Assembly (NCBI GenBank): GCA_963674865.2
Contig: CAXXYE010000008.1
Location: 192,001-256,000, forward strand
Length of the DNA stretch: 64,000 bases
Origin: Candidatus Hydrogenedentota bacterium
GTDB taxonomy: Bacteria > Hydrogenedentota > Hydrogenedentia > Hydrogenedentales > SLHB01
Reading direction: 5' to 3'
In this document: positions 34,200 through 44,696 of the stretch, piece after piece
Numbering within the stretch: position 1 is the stretch's first letter
How the letters are laid out: each line of letters opens with the position of its first letter
Notes under the pieces: model-generated
What the model saw: the letters and a program-made list of their open reading frames with translations, nothing else
Databases searched by the model: none
What the model was told of the DNA's origin: nothing
Made by a program: the position numbers and the translations under genes

Positions 34200-36203
34200 C
34201 TACTTCCTTCGGTAATACAGGATCGCGCTGCCGGGCGCTGCTGGAATGCTGACGGAATAGGCGCCCAGTTCAACGCCGGGGACTTCGGCGCTCTCCGGCC
34301 CGTCTTCATATGTGACTACGTAGGTTGTCTCACCATCCACGGCTCTCAGAGGAAGCTTAGCCTGTAAGTAGGGCGAGTTCTCCCGGCGGAATAGCAAGGC
34401 GAAGCCGGCATCAAGGTCGGGGCGATGGAATTGGAAGCCGTACCAGACGCTCTCGTCGGCGAGATGTGGGAAGAGCGGGTAGAAATCGCCGAGCATGAAG
34501 GGCCGGAGCTTGTGGTAGATGGCCACGGTGCGCCTTGCGGCGAGTTCCATCTCGGGGTCGTCCGAGGAGAGATTGCCACCGACAAGGATGTTTCCGGTAG
34601 TCATGCCGCTGCGGAAGAGGTAGGAGGGCTCGAAGCCGAAGTTGCCGCAGCCGTGAAGGGGCAGCCAGCGGAAGAGGCCGCCGTTCTGCAGTTGATCGGC
34701 GGCGGCGTTCGGGCCGAAGCACTGGCGGTCGCTGTGCCATAGGGGAAGGCCGTAGCGGAGCGTTTCGAAGTCGATGCGCCGGCCGCCGCTGGCGCATACA
34801 TCGATCACGAGTCCGGGGTGCCTTGTCATGAGTTCCTCCCACATGGCGTACAAGCCCTCGATGTGACGGATCTCGGTGATGCCCTCGCGTTCGGGCGCGT
34901 CGTTAATCTTCCAGTACTCCAGCGGCTCCATGTTGAAGTCCCATCGAAGCCAGTCCAAGTCGGCCGCCATAATCTGCTCGTCGATATAGTCCGTGAGCCA
35001 AGCACGAGCCTCGGGGATATCCAGCCGGAAGAGGGACGTATGCCTAATCTTCGTGATCCACTCCGGGTGCAGTTCCTCGATACGCGTTCCCGGCGCCACC
35101 CGTTCCGGCTCAAACCACAAGAGGTATTCGAGGCCGGCGGCGTGCGCGGCCTCGCCGACGGGGGCCAGGCCGTGAGGGTACTTCGCCAAGTCGGGCTCCC
35201 ATGTTCCCGTGCCCTCGGGAAATCCTTTGGGATACCACTGCTGCGGGTCCATGTCCGACCAGAAGACTTCCACACCCCGTTGGGCGAAAGGCTGCATGGC
35301 GCGCACGTGCGGCCCCTCGTAGGAGCCGTCGGGATCGACCTCCGTTACCGAGGCGCATATGGGCGCGAGCACCACGGCACCATCGCGCCGCATGAGATTA
35401 TAAGCCAGCATCCATTGGCGGAAGAGATTGTTGCCGCGGAGGTCGTCATCGCCGCGCCAGAATTGAAGAAGGACGCGCGGCGTGCGGATCCCTTCGCCCG
35501 GATGCAAGCGCAGGCGGGTTGTCTGCATGCCGCAATCGACGCGAACACGCTCGTCCTCTTCGCAATGGAATCCGGCTTCCCACTGGCCGGCCCATCCGAT
35601 GGCCACGATGGCGCCGCCGTTTTCCCATTGGAGGTTAAAGAACGGCATATGCTCGTCGGAAGAGCGGCCACCGCGTGGGGCAAGCGTGAGCGATTGAGTT
35701 TTCTTGCCGTCGAGCGCGTCCGCGACGGGCATGAAGCTCCGCTCCGAGTTGTACTCGCCCAAGGCATGGTGGACTGTGCACGGCCATCCGGGAACGGGAA
35801 AGGGGCAATCCAGCGGACGGATCCGCTCAAGAAGCGGCGAGTCCGTATCCGCGGTGTTGCGCAGTTCGAGCAGTAACTCGATTGCCGCGTGCTCCGAGTA
35901 GGATACCGCGGTGTATGCGAGTTCGAGGCCGCTCTGGGGATCGGTTAAGGTCAGCACATGACGGACACGCTCCGGCCCTGCAGCCTCCTGTGAGCAAACT
36001 CGCTGCCATCGCGGCAGTGACTCCGCGGAGGGAGCGCCGTCGCACAGAAACGAGAAGGGCACCGGTGAGACCGATTCTTCGGCGAAGTACCTGCCGATCC
36101 ACTCTGCCGCATCTTGTGCCTCCTCGGGAGAGGCGGCCACCGCAGTGGCCGTGCGTGCGCCAAGGAGGAGAATCACCCCCACGATAAGCGTAGTCTTCAG
36201 CAT
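34200..36203 (-). CDS. Alpha-galactosidase-like glycoside hydrolase (GH36/clan D)
   Basis: LLWFEPE, LRWDFN, CASGGRRID, SD; signal peptide. Confidence 0.85.
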   Translation of the reverse strand: MLKTTLIVGVILLLGARTATAVAASPEEAQDAAEWIGRYFAEESVSPVPFSFLCDGAPSAESLPRWQRVCSQEAAGPERVRHVLTLTDPQSGLELAYTAVSYSEHAAIELLLELRNTADTDSPLLERIRPLDCPFPVPGWPCTVHHALGEYNSERSFMPVADALDGKKTQSLTLAPRGGRSSDEHMPFFNLQWENGGAIVAIGWAGQWEAGFHCEEDERVRVDCGMQTTRLRLHPGEGIRTPRVLLQFWRGDDDLRGNNLFRQWMLAYNLMRRDGAVVLAPICASVTEVDPDGSYEGPHVRAMQPFAQRGVEVFWSDMDPQQWYPKGFPEGTGTWEPDLAKYPHGLAPVGEAAHAAGLEYLLWFEPERVAPGTRIEELHPEWITKIRHTSLFRLDIPEARAWLTDYIDEQIMAADLDWLRWDFNMEPLEYWKINDAPEREGITEIRHIEGLYAMWEELMTRHPGLVIDVCASGGRRIDFETLRYGLPLWHSDRQCFGPNAAADQLQNGGLFRWLPLHGCGNFGFEPSYLFRSGMTTGNILVGGNLSSDDPEMELAARRTVAIYHKLRPFMLGDFYPLFPHLADESVWYGFQFHRPDLDAGFALLFRRENSPYLQAKLPLRAVDGETTYVVTYEDGPESAEVPGVELGAYSVSIPAAPGSAILYYRRK

Positions 36204-36313
36204 CTTTCCCCTACTCCATTACTTCCCGGTGTGGAAGGGTCTTGAGGGCCGGTGGCGCCACTTGGCTACACCGGGGCTTGGCCCACAACGCGCCGGCGCG
36301 GTTGTCTCGTTAC

Positions 36314-37780
36314 TTAACCACTCGTCTCATCTTGCTCGTCCAGCCACCAGAGGCCGTCCCATGGGCCGCCCGTGTTTTTCTGGGGCGCGCCGGGCGTACT
36401 GCGGCCGTCTCTGACGTAACCGGCCAGCAGGTTTTTCAAGTGGGTCACCACGTCAGGATGTTCCTCGCAGCGGTTCTTGCGCTCACCGATGTCCGCCTCC
36501 AGGTCGTAGAGTTGGACACGCGGCAGTCCGGCGCATTCCTTGCCCGGGCGCGGATAGCTCCATCCCCCCGAGCCGGGGCATAGCTCCAGTTTCCATCGCC
36601 CTTGCCTAATGGACAGCGAGCCGTTGATGGAGGTGTGCACCGTGGCTTCACGCAGTGGGTGAGTCAAGGATTTGCCGAGCCATACTGGGAGATTGCTGAT
36701 GCTGTCCTCCCCGGCGTCATCGGGCAGTTTCTCGCCTAGGATATCCGCACAGGTGGCCAATAGATCCACGAGGCACACCGTCTCGTCCGTCTTGGCGCCG
36801 GCCTGGATCCGCTCCGGCCAGCGGATGATGAGTGGGATTCGATGGCCGCCTTCATAGATGTCGGCTTTGTGGCCCCGGAACACGTAGCTGGGGTGATGGC
36901 CTACCTTCGCCAGCGCGTCGAAATCGGCCATCGGCGAGCACCCATTGTCGGATGTGAAAACCAGGATGGTGTCCTTCGCGATGCCGTTGCGTTCGAGGGC
37001 CGCCATCACCTGTCCCACCACGTCGTCAACCTGCAAACAGAAGTCGCCGTATGCGTTTGTGCCCGATTTCCCCTGGAACTTCGCCGTCGGGAGTATGGGC
37101 GTGTGCGGCGCGGGCAGCGGGAAGTACAGGAAGAAAGGCGCGTCTTTTCCCGCGTGGTCGTCAATATAGCGGATGGCCTCTTCCGTCAGTCGCGGGAGAA
37201 CCTCTTCATGCTTGAAATCCGGTGCGATGGGCCCAGCCCGCCAGAATTGCTGTCCCTTTCCTTCGGGCACGGTGCGCTCGGGCAGGGCCGTGGGCCGGTC
37301 ATTGCGCACATACACATACGGCGCCATGTCGAGCGACGCGCTGATGCCCATGAAGTAGTCGAATCCGACTGACGTCGGGCCGCCAGCGATGGGCTGGGAG
37401 AAGTCTACCTCCTCCGGGGCCTCACCCTTGAGGGCCCAAGTCCATCCCAGATGCCACTTGCCGATGCACGCCGTCGTGTAGCCGTGGCGTTTCAAGAAGG
37501 AGGCCGTCGTCATTCGTCCCTTCTCGATGATCGAGCCGTCATAGCCGTAGTTGACGCCCTCCTTGAGCACTGAGCGCCAGTTATACCGGCCCGTCAGAAT
37601 TCCGTAGCGCGATGGCGTGCAGACGGCCGAAGTAGCGTGTGCATCCGTGAATACAATTCCCTCATCCGCCAGCCGATCCAGGTGAGTGGTGTGAATCTTG
37701 GATTCTGTGTTCAGGCACGAGACATCCCCAAATCCCATGTCGTCGGCCAGGATGTATACGATGTTGGGCGGGTTCGGCAT
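36314..37780 (-). CDS. Arylsulfatase
   Basis: PNIVYILADDMG, CTPSRY, GKWHL, SDNG. Confidence 0.92.
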   Translation of the reverse strand: MPNPPNIVYILADDMGFGDVSCLNTESKIHTTHLDRLADEGIVFTDAHATSAVCTPSRYGILTGRYNWRSVLKEGVNYGYDGSIIEKGRMTTASFLKRHGYTTACIGKWHLGWTWALKGEAPEEVDFSQPIAGGPTSVGFDYFMGISASLDMAPYVYVRNDRPTALPERTVPEGKGQQFWRAGPIAPDFKHEEVLPRLTEEAIRYIDDHAGKDAPFFLYFPLPAPHTPILPTAKFQGKSGTNAYGDFCLQVDDVVGQVMAALERNGIAKDTILVFTSDNGCSPMADFDALAKVGHHPSYVFRGHKADIYEGGHRIPLIIRWPERIQAGAKTDETVCLVDLLATCADILGEKLPDDAGEDSISNLPVWLGKSLTHPLREATVHTSINGSLSIRQGRWKLELCPGSGGWSYPRPGKECAGLPRVQLYDLEADIGERKNRCEEHPDVVTHLKNLLAGYVRDGRSTPGAPQKNTGGPWDGLWWLDEQDETSG

Positions 37781-37933
37781 CTTTGTTTGTATTCCTTTGT
37801 TAAGCCATCCCTGCTGCTTCTCTCCAACTCGCTAGCGTTAGGTTATCCTTTATGGGCCCGTTGGTACTTTTCTCGACGGACAGCTCCTGGCCGCGGGCGG
37901 CGAGGAGGAGCGCGTTTTCGTCAGACGCCTCCG

Positions 37934-39955
37934 CTACTGTGCGTCGCCGGCCAGCGCGGCCAGGAGCGGCTCCAAGTCCATGCGCGTAAGTTCCCAGAAG
38001 CTGGTTGTGTGATACAGATCCGAGAAGTAGCTGCGTTCGTGCTCTTTCCGAAACGCGATCAGTTCCCGCAAGGCTTGCTTGGCTTCCTCCTCTCGGCCGG
38101 GCAGGAGGGCTCCCTCTCCGTCAAAGAGGGCCGTAAGTCGCGTGGCGAGTTGGGCGTGGTCAAGGCCGCTTTGGACGAATCGCACACGCTCCGCGAATTC
38201 GGGCAAGTCGCTGGCTTGCGCTTCGACACGTGCCTGTTCGAGCATGGCTTCGGCGGGGGTGAAGCATGCTGGAGGAAACGCGAGGTGGGCCCGGCGGACG
38301 TAGTTGCTGTAGCGCCAGTGTACATCTGAATACAGTTCGATGATCCGCATGCAATGCTCGAATGCGTAGTCTTCCCAGTAGACGAAGTAGCGATCCATGG
38401 TGTCGGCCGCAGGGCCAAAGGCGGCGCAGTACTCTTCACGGATGGTTGCCAGATCCAGTTCCGGCTTGTTCATTAGGCGGAAGTGCATGTATAGCCGGAG
38501 TCCCTGTGTGGCCCACTGGCCGGTGAGTGAATCGAAATCGGCGCCTTCCATGCCGTGTTCGTACGCGAATTTGAGGAATCCGCCCGACTGCCGGGTTTCA
38601 AAGTGCGGCATTACGTAGCCGTCGTGCAGATAGTTGGGCCGGTAGCCCATCCGCATGCCCGTTTGGCGCCATCCCAGCCACTGTTCCTTGATCCAGTCGA
38701 AGGCTTCATCCGGCATCGGCAAGTAGCGCAGGTGAGGATCTTGCCACTGCACGAACTCGGCGTAGATGTTCTTGTTGAGGCGAATGTCGGTTGTCGGCGC
38801 GGGGAGTTCATTTTCGTAGATGAAGGACCCGGAAACCAGGACGTGGGGATTGCGTTTTGACGCTTTCTCTTGGATGGTTTTCCAGAACCGCGCATAGCGA
38901 TCCGAAGTTGCTCCAGGGAAGAGTTCCTGGGCGCGAGGCTCGGTGGCGTAGACGCGTTCCGCGAACCAGGGGGGATGCGCCGGCTGCGGCCCGTCCCAGG
39001 CCCGGCAATTCTCACAGGTGCAGCGGCCGGGGCGGTCGACGGGCCCTAGCCTCAGGGTGGGGCCGCCGTCCCATTGTTCAATGATGAAGTCGTGCAAGTC
39101 GGGATTTGAGACGCACATCGGCACGTCGCGTTGATCCGTTTCGGAGGGGCCTCGTACTCCGTTCCGCCGGCGCGCGAACCATTCGGGGTGCTCTTGCCCG
39201 TAGCGTTTCCACCAGCCGGTGAACGCGTGTCCGCTGGGCGGCCTGGCATCCGAGCCGCCCATGCGGTTTCGGCGGAGCAGAACTTCCAGCGCTTTGCCGT
39301 AGCTGACGGCCACGTCGGGGCTGAATCCCAACTGGGCATCGCCGTCGCTCATGGTCGCGGAGCCGTGCGAGATGCTTCTGATTCTCCCCCAGCGTATGCC
39401 GCGGAAATTAAGCGCGGGGGCCTTGGTCTCGTTCACGGACCACAACTCGACGGTGTTTGTCTTGGGCACAAAAGTGCCCAGCTCGCCCGGCCATAACCAG
39501 CGCACGCCCAAGAAGCGTTCAAGGAACTCATATACGCCGAAGAGCGTGCCGACGTTGGAATTACTCTCGGCCAGCGGGTCGCCATCGTCTTCTCGGCCCA
39601 AGATGAAGAGGTCATTGCCCACCGAACGCAGCGTGAAGGTTTCGCGGGGCAGGCGCTCCGGATCCAATCCGCAGGCCAGAGCGGCCTCAGTGACACCGAT
39701 GTAGACGCGGGTCGGAACATCCTGAGGCGCATCCGCCTCCGTAACCACGTCCAAGGTTGCGCCGGTGGCCTGCGCCACGTGGTCAACGAGTTCTTCGGCG
39801 GCGTAGCGAGCCGTTGGGGTCGGCTCATTGGCGGTTACCACGACGGCGCGGGGGGCGCCGTCCCGCACCAGACTAACCTGAGCGGCGCAGGGCACCGATA
39901 GCAGGACTCCGGCCATCAGGCCGGCAAGGCCTACCGTGTTGTTTTGTATGCTCAT
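37934..39955 (-). CDS. Secreted DUF4838-like protein (GH67/GH20-type N-terminal domain)
   Basis: Signal peptide; YAAEELVDH; GTLFGVYEFLERFLGVRWLWPGELG; HPEWFA. Confidence 0.75.
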   Translation of the reverse strand: MSIQNNTVGLAGLMAGVLLSVPCAAQVSLVRDGAPRAVVVTANEPTPTARYAAEELVDHVAQATGATLDVVTEADAPQDVPTRVYIGVTEAALACGLDPERLPRETFTLRSVGNDLFILGREDDGDPLAESNSNVGTLFGVYEFLERFLGVRWLWPGELGTFVPKTNTVELWSVNETKAPALNFRGIRWGRIRSISHGSATMSDGDAQLGFSPDVAVSYGKALEVLLRRNRMGGSDARPPSGHAFTGWWKRYGQEHPEWFARRRNGVRGPSETDQRDVPMCVSNPDLHDFIIEQWDGGPTLRLGPVDRPGRCTCENCRAWDGPQPAHPPWFAERVYATEPRAQELFPGATSDRYARFWKTIQEKASKRNPHVLVSGSFIYENELPAPTTDIRLNKNIYAEFVQWQDPHLRYLPMPDEAFDWIKEQWLGWRQTGMRMGYRPNYLHDGYVMPHFETRQSGGFLKFAYEHGMEGADFDSLTGQWATQGLRLYMHFRLMNKPELDLATIREEYCAAFGPAADTMDRYFVYWEDYAFEHCMRIIELYSDVHWRYSNYVRRAHLAFPPACFTPAEAMLEQARVEAQASDLPEFAERVRFVQSGLDHAQLATRLTALFDGEGALLPGREEEAKQALRELIAFRKEHERSYFSDLYHTTSFWELTRMDLEPLLAALAGDAQ

Positions 39956-40239
39956 TACAAATCCTTCCCTCTAGCTTTGGCCTGTGGCCGTCGCTTCTTC
40001 CGGTATGGCTTGCTCATGCGCCAGTAATGGCCGGATTCGAACCTGCGGCCCCCAGGCTATGGGCACGCCCAAGGCGATATGTCCTTATCCATTTGGCCGT
40101 TCTGGACTGCAGCGATGGCGGCTATTCAGCTCTACAAGCGTCTAGCATACATGTTCTCCATGTTCAGGGCGTTTTTCAAATCCCGAGGGTGGGAACACAG
40201 GCAAGACGGCCGGCGCCAATTCGTTGCCACGTCGGAAGA

Positions 40240-42720
40240 TCAGAAGTCGCGGGGAATGCCGAGCATGGCTTCGAGGTACGACTTTGGCGCGGTGTTTGGC
40301 TGGCCTGTGTAAACCGGCGCCTCCTCTTCGGCTGGCCCGCCCTGCGGGAGGAGTTCGTAACGGGCTCCCTTTGCCGTCGCGAAGCGGATTGATTCAGCTT
40401 CCTGAGCGTAGGCGACAGGGGCGTCGGAAGGCGCCATCTGCCTGACGAGCGGCTTTTCCGGCCAAGGCCACGCAACGGTGCATTCATTTCCGAGCAGGCT
40501 CGTGATCTGTGTGCGAGCAGGCGGCAGGCCGGGCTCTTTCCGTGAGGTGACGAGGAAGCCTCCCTCGGCGAGCAAGGTGAAGGATGCCGGCCACTCCGAG
40601 GGGAGCGCCGGGAACAGGCGGATCGTGTGGTCATAGCTCTGGAGTAGCATCTCCGTGATGCCTGTTGCCAAGAGTGCGGATGGTTCCATGCCGCATTGGA
40701 TGAACGGCTGGGTTGGCGTACTGACGCGCTCCTCGCGTTCTCCCGCGTTGCGTATGCGGACATCCTTGTAGCGCGCGGCGTGGTCATGGATGTAGTCGCG
40801 CTGTGCCGTGACGATCGGGTTGGGCGCGCTATCGGCGTAACGCGAGAGGTAATGCCAGTGGTCGATGTTGTAGAAGAGGCCCTGCGGGAAATGCTGGAGC
40901 TGGCGGACGGACATCTTCAAGTCTTCCAGGGCTGCCTCGCCCAGGCCCAGCCGGGCCTTTGCGGCGGCGATAGGGCTGATGGCAAGCCGGTTCGACGGAT
41001 GGGCCTCGGCGCACCGCACGGCCGCCTCGAAAAGGGGCGTGCCTCGATCGGCGAGGCCGAGAAGGCCCGTTGGAAACACGGGGGCCAAGGCCGCACAGAA
41101 GGCGCCCTGGGGGGGCATCTCTATGCCGGGCTTCTCCTCCGCCGCGGCCAAGGCGTCGCCCTTGCCTTGGATTTGTGTGAGTGGATACGGCGCCAGAGAT
41201 TCAAGCACGCGTTGCCACTGTTCGCGCTTGTCCGCATCAACATCGAGCATTTCCGCCACCTCGATGCACGTTTTGAACGTGCCGCGGATTGTGGCGAGGT
41301 CCGTGGTCGTATTAGTGTACTGGTTTCCGGTTTCGCATTCATAGGGTGATGCGGGGAAGATGAAGTAGTGGGAGTTTTCCTCGTCCCAACGTAGATACTG
41401 GAGGTAGAACTCGGCCGCCGCCTTCATGAAGGGATAGGCGCGTTCTTCCAGGAATGCGCGGTCGCCCGTGTAGCGGTAGTAGCGCCAGAAGGCTTGGCCG
41501 ATCTGCGAGGCGGGCGTGAAGGCGTTGACGAAGGAGAGGCTGGTGGAACTCTCCATACGCCCGGCATAGTCGTGCTTCTCATTCCAGAGAAGCGCCCCGT
41601 CGAAGCCGCGTTTCCTGGCATACTCCTCCGCCTGGGGTTTGAGGCGCCAATAGGTGTCGAGATAGGGCTTCATCAACTCGGGATGATTTGCGGCACAGAC
41701 GCTCCAGTAGGCCTGCTGCATGTTCCAATGGTGAGGGTGCACCCACTGCCGCACGTCGCGATTCCACGTCCAGAGGCCGGCGTTGAACAAGAGGGGATAG
41801 TGGCCTCGGGAGCCGCTTCCCATGAGGTACTGGTGGAAGTAGTAGAGATTCTCAAGGTAGTCGTCGCCGATGTGCACGAACGAGGCGTTCCAGTAGCGCT
41901 CCCACCACGCCTCATGCTCGGCCTGCAGCGCCGCCGCGCCCGTGTGTTCGCATTCATCCAGCAGCCGCACGGCCTCGGCGCGCGGATCTGCCGCTTCGCG
42001 GTTCGTGACGACGGCGACAAGCACCGTGAAGCGCTGCACCGGCCGGCAGGAAACCGTCAGGTCCGTGCGGTGAGCGTTCACGACGCGCGCCGTCGCTTCG
42101 CATCCCACCACGCGGCAGGCCACGGCGAAATCGAGAACCTCGAAGTGCTCCTCGACACAGGCGTCTCGGCCTTCGATGGCGGCGTGGGCCTTTCCCAGTC
42201 CCTGCGACGCGCCGCGATGGATGCCGCTGTACCACGAGCCGAAGGCGCGGCTGCCCCATCGTTCGAGCGCCAGGGAGATCGATGAGCCCTGGACGGCGAT
42301 GTCGCCGCGTCCCTCGACTTCAACGTCGAGAGCCAGAACATTATGGTTCGCCAGGACGCGGGCTGCCGTGCGTAAGCGCATGAACGGCGTCGTGGCCTGA
42401 AAAGCAGCCTCGGCTCGATAGAGCGACAAGCGTCCCTCAAAATCGTCCAGGTAGAGCCAGTCAAAGACGGGTGTCGCCGTATCCAAGGAGAGCCTCGCGC
42501 AGGAGCGTAGGAGCATGCCGGACTCCTGGTTGGGCTGATCCCATGTGTCGCTCTTGTTGATTTGGATCTGCAATCCGGAATCGGTGCACCAAACCATGGC
42601 GCCGAGGTCGCCGTTGCCAAGCGGGAAACCTTCGTAGCCCTCCTTGGGCGGCGAGAGGTAGACGACCTCGTGTTTTGCGAGAAACGACGGGTAGTCTAGA
42701 TTGAATACGGCCAGCTCCAT
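40240..42720 (-). CDS. GH95/GH65-like glycoside hydrolase (alpha-L-fucosidase-like)
   Basis: FPLGNGDLG, WNMQQAYW, AYPFMKAAAEFY, EMLLQS, LFPALPSEW. Confidence 0.8.
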   Translation of the reverse strand: MELAVFNLDYPSFLAKHEVVYLSPPKEGYEGFPLGNGDLGAMVWCTDSGLQIQINKSDTWDQPNQESGMLLRSCARLSLDTATPVFDWLYLDDFEGRLSLYRAEAAFQATTPFMRLRTAARVLANHNVLALDVEVEGRGDIAVQGSSISLALERWGSRAFGSWYSGIHRGASQGLGKAHAAIEGRDACVEEHFEVLDFAVACRVVGCEATARVVNAHRTDLTVSCRPVQRFTVLVAVVTNREAADPRAEAVRLLDECEHTGAAALQAEHEAWWERYWNASFVHIGDDYLENLYYFHQYLMGSGSRGHYPLLFNAGLWTWNRDVRQWVHPHHWNMQQAYWSVCAANHPELMKPYLDTYWRLKPQAEEYARKRGFDGALLWNEKHDYAGRMESSTSLSFVNAFTPASQIGQAFWRYYRYTGDRAFLEERAYPFMKAAAEFYLQYLRWDEENSHYFIFPASPYECETGNQYTNTTTDLATIRGTFKTCIEVAEMLDVDADKREQWQRVLESLAPYPLTQIQGKGDALAAAEEKPGIEMPPQGAFCAALAPVFPTGLLGLADRGTPLFEAAVRCAEAHPSNRLAISPIAAAKARLGLGEAALEDLKMSVRQLQHFPQGLFYNIDHWHYLSRYADSAPNPIVTAQRDYIHDHAARYKDVRIRNAGEREERVSTPTQPFIQCGMEPSALLATGITEMLLQSYDHTIRLFPALPSEWPASFTLLAEGGFLVTSRKEPGLPPARTQITSLLGNECTVAWPWPEKPLVRQMAPSDAPVAYAQEAESIRFATAKGARYELLPQGGPAEEEAPVYTGQPNTAPKSYLEAMLGIPRDF

Positions 42721-42877
42721 GTGTCGTATCTCCTTCTCCTTACCGCGGCTTCGGGCGGCCATTCGGCTGGGACTGTTGCCTGCGGCGCTTGCGCCATGGG
42801 CGATGCGGGGCGGATTGTACCACCTCGAAAGGAAAAGCCGGGACTATTCTGGCGTGGCGCATTGTGCTGAAGCGCTA

Positions 42878-44662
42878 TCAAGAGGAAGCGGACTCGGATT
42901 CCCGCTTGGCAAACGAGCGGATTCTCAGGTCGGGCGCGAGCAGCGTGACGCCGTTGCCGGTGGACTTGTACACGATGCAGCCTGGGGAGATGAACACGTC
43001 ATTGCCGATGCGTACGGGCCCTTGTACTCCAGCGTGGTGGGATACGGTGACGTTATCGCCGATCTCAGGAATGGCCGGCGAGGCGGACTCGTCTTCGCTG
43101 CCCACACAAGACGGCCCGATCATCCCGCCAACCATCACCGTAAAGCGGCTGCCCGCATGGCCGCAGATGAACACGCCCGCCGGCTGCGGTATGTACAGGC
43201 CACCGCCGATCCGGGAGCGAGGTGCGATATCGGCTCCCGTCAGGTAGACGTTGGCGAGCCAGCATGCCCGAGCCACGCGAAGAAAGCCTTTTCGGTGGAA
43301 GTAGTGGGACCACCGGTAGAGCCAGACACAAAGGTAAGCGGGAAACAGCAGGCGTTTGATCGAGTTGGACACGCCGTTGCGCTTGAGTTCCTCGCGCATC
43401 CGCCGCCGGTCCTCACGCAGCAACGCCACGACCTCGCGCCGCGTTTGTGGCGACGCCTGGCCTCCATCCGTGGGCACCTCATACTCGCCCTGCGCCGGCG
43501 CCTCTGTCGAGGTCGAGCCACGGGAGGACGTATTCAGCGCCATGGCGTGTGGACCCATGTCGGAGGTCACGAGGGCTTTGGGGAATATGCGCCCGCCCTC
43601 TCCGACGGTAGCGGGGCCAAGGACTCCCGCGTGGCCGGTGATGACGACGTCATCGCCCAGGATCGGCCCGGCGGATAGGGGAGCGCTGAGGACGCCGTCC
43701 ATTGGAGTGGCCAGAGAGAGCGCGTAGCAGGTGAAGTCGCTTCCGGCGTTGCCGCTGAACGCAAAACAGGATGGATGAGGCAAGAATGCGCGTGGGCCGA
43801 TGCAGCTCCCCGGATGGATTGTTGCCTTGTTGATGAGGATGTTGAGCCAGCACACCGCGATGGACAGCCGCTGCCATCCCCGGACGAAGAGCAGATGCGA
43901 TAGGCGGTAGAGGGCCGAGGCGAGGATCTGAGTCGTGAGTAATGCGCTGATTACGTGGCCGGCCTTCAGTCTCACGGATTCTTCTCCGAGGCGCCGATCG
44001 GTATAGTGCTGGATATCCGTCCGCAAGTCCTGGATGGTGTTTCGCCACCGCCCGTGATCACGGACACAAACGGGGCGGTCCTGGCTTGGGCGCCGTTTAC
44101 ACTCGCCTTCGACAGGCCCGCGGCGAGGTACGGCGACGACATCGGAGGGGATGTCCCTTGTCGTTACTGACGCGCCGAAGCCGATCCAAACGCTATCGCC
44201 TATCCGAAAAGGCCCAAGAATTCCGCCGCAGAAGCCGATGCGAAATTCATCGCCCACCAGGGGCATGCCGGGGCCCGCTCCGATGTCTTTCGTCTTCCAG
44301 CTCGTTCCGATTCCTGAGCAAGGCATGAAGGTGGCATTCTTGCCGGCCCGTCCGGAGATAGCCACTCCATGGGGACTGGGAATGAGCAAGCCGCCCCCGA
44401 TATGGCTGTCTGGGTGTATCTCCGCGCCGCTTACCGCCGCGTTAAGTTGAGTCAGAATGTGGGCCAGTTTGCCGCGGCCTTTGCAGCGCCAGTAGTGCGC
44501 GAGCCTGTAGAGAAGCACGCAGACGTAGGAGGGGTCCAATCGCCAGGTTCTGGGACTATAGCCGAACTTCGCCGCGAGGTGCTTCCTGATGCGGCGGCGA
44601 TCTTCCCGCAGCCGTCGCCGCGTCTCTTTCCAATCGACGTTCTCAGTCACGGAAGTGGCCAA
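42878..44662 (-). CDS. Protein with three tandem CysE/serine-acetyltransferase-like (LbH) domains
   Basis: LYRL(A/S)H or LYRWSH, then (E/T/D)IxPxxxIG, then PxxGD, each three times. Confidence 0.8.
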   Translation of the reverse strand: MATSVTENVDWKETRRRLREDRRRIRKHLAAKFGYSPRTWRLDPSYVCVLLYRLAHYWRCKGRGKLAHILTQLNAAVSGAEIHPDSHIGGGLLIPSPHGVAISGRAGKNATFMPCSGIGTSWKTKDIGAGPGMPLVGDEFRIGFCGGILGPFRIGDSVWIGFGASVTTRDIPSDVVAVPRRGPVEGECKRRPSQDRPVCVRDHGRWRNTIQDLRTDIQHYTDRRLGEESVRLKAGHVISALLTTQILASALYRLSHLLFVRGWQRLSIAVCWLNILINKATIHPGSCIGPRAFLPHPSCFAFSGNAGSDFTCYALSLATPMDGVLSAPLSAGPILGDDVVITGHAGVLGPATVGEGGRIFPKALVTSDMGPHAMALNTSSRGSTSTEAPAQGEYEVPTDGGQASPQTRREVVALLREDRRRMREELKRNGVSNSIKRLLFPAYLCVWLYRWSHYFHRKGFLRVARACWLANVYLTGADIAPRSRIGGGLYIPQPAGVFICGHAGSRFTVMVGGMIGPSCVGSEDESASPAIPEIGDNVTVSHHAGVQGPVRIGNDVFISPGCIVYKSTGNGVTLLAPDLRIRSFAKRESESASS

Positions 44663-44696
44663 AGCTCCTCGAGTGATGTGCGTTCTATTCCGGTTT

